Source: Haplodiscus bocki
Taxonomy: Eukaryota
Length of the DNA stretch: 64,000 bases
Assembly (NCBI GenBank): GCA_965655095.1
Contig: OZ296649.1
Span: 95,356,001-95,420,000, forward strand
Reading direction: 5' to 3'
This document shows, piece after piece, positions 63,801 through 64,000 of the stretch (its first letter is position 1; every line of letters starts with the position of its first letter). A program made the translations under genes and the position numbers. Below the pieces are notes generated by a model that worked only from the letters and a program-made list of their open reading frames with translations, was not told where the DNA came from and ran no database searches.

Positions 63801-64000
63801 TCCTGTTGAAGTTATAAAACAAATTAGGCAAGGGAGTACTGATACATTTACATGTATATTGGTTGATTTGCCTAAATTAATTGATTCCGTCATTCGTGAA
63901 AACTTTAAACTAAACTGGAAAAATATAATGTCAGAAGGAAATGTTTAAATTGTGGCTTGAATCATATTTAAAAGAACGACGTCAGTGTGTTCGAGTAAAA
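38204..64000 (+). repeat. LINE-derived macrosatellite: head-to-tail ~2.28-kb units, 11 complete plus 1 partial, open at the right edge
   Basis: Units start at about 38204, 40484, 42761, 45039, 47318, 49602, 51881, 54161, 56439, 58718, 61005 and 63286. The marker ORF MF(K/Q)LWLES recurs at 38861, 41141, 43419, 45697, 47975, 50260, 52539, 54819, 57097, 59376 and 61663 (spacing 2278-2287). Confidence 0.97.

Noticed and set aside
40302-63948. Recurring 60-120 aa ORFs in the array as real genes
   Set aside because: They are broken-frame pieces of LINE ORF2 or its antisense, and they gain and lose stops between units.
38204-64000. CRISPR array or retron-like RT+ncRNA system
   Set aside because: The DNA is eukaryotic, the units have no unique spacers, and the RT is a frameshifted LINE-type pseudogene.

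Overview
Eukaryotic (metazoan, AT-rich) genomic DNA. The left half (5.9-32.5 kb, minus strand) carries one large multi-exon C2H2 zinc-finger gene. I assembled it by hand from 8 GT-AG exons with mutually compatible phases into a 5457-nt CDS (1818 aa, 23 fingers). Its motifs resemble ZNF236. Its introns and flanks hold DNA-transposon relics: a Tc1/mariner-type non-autonomous element, an internally deleted CGGBP1/BED-type hAT nested inside a hAT MITE, and an inverted pair of TIR elements. They also hold tRNA-derived SINEs and several very degenerate ~170-180 bp tandem arrays. From 33.3 kb there are LINE fragments, then a dead APE+RT LINE (37.1-39.9 kb). The 3' part of that LINE plus ~600 bp of downstream sequence has been amplified into a head-to-tail macrosatellite of ~2.28 kb units (11 full units plus a partial one, running off the right edge). 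The array shows mosaic haplotypes, diverged edge units and a hairpin-rich segment repeated in every unit. All calls come from reading the sequence; no database searches were run.
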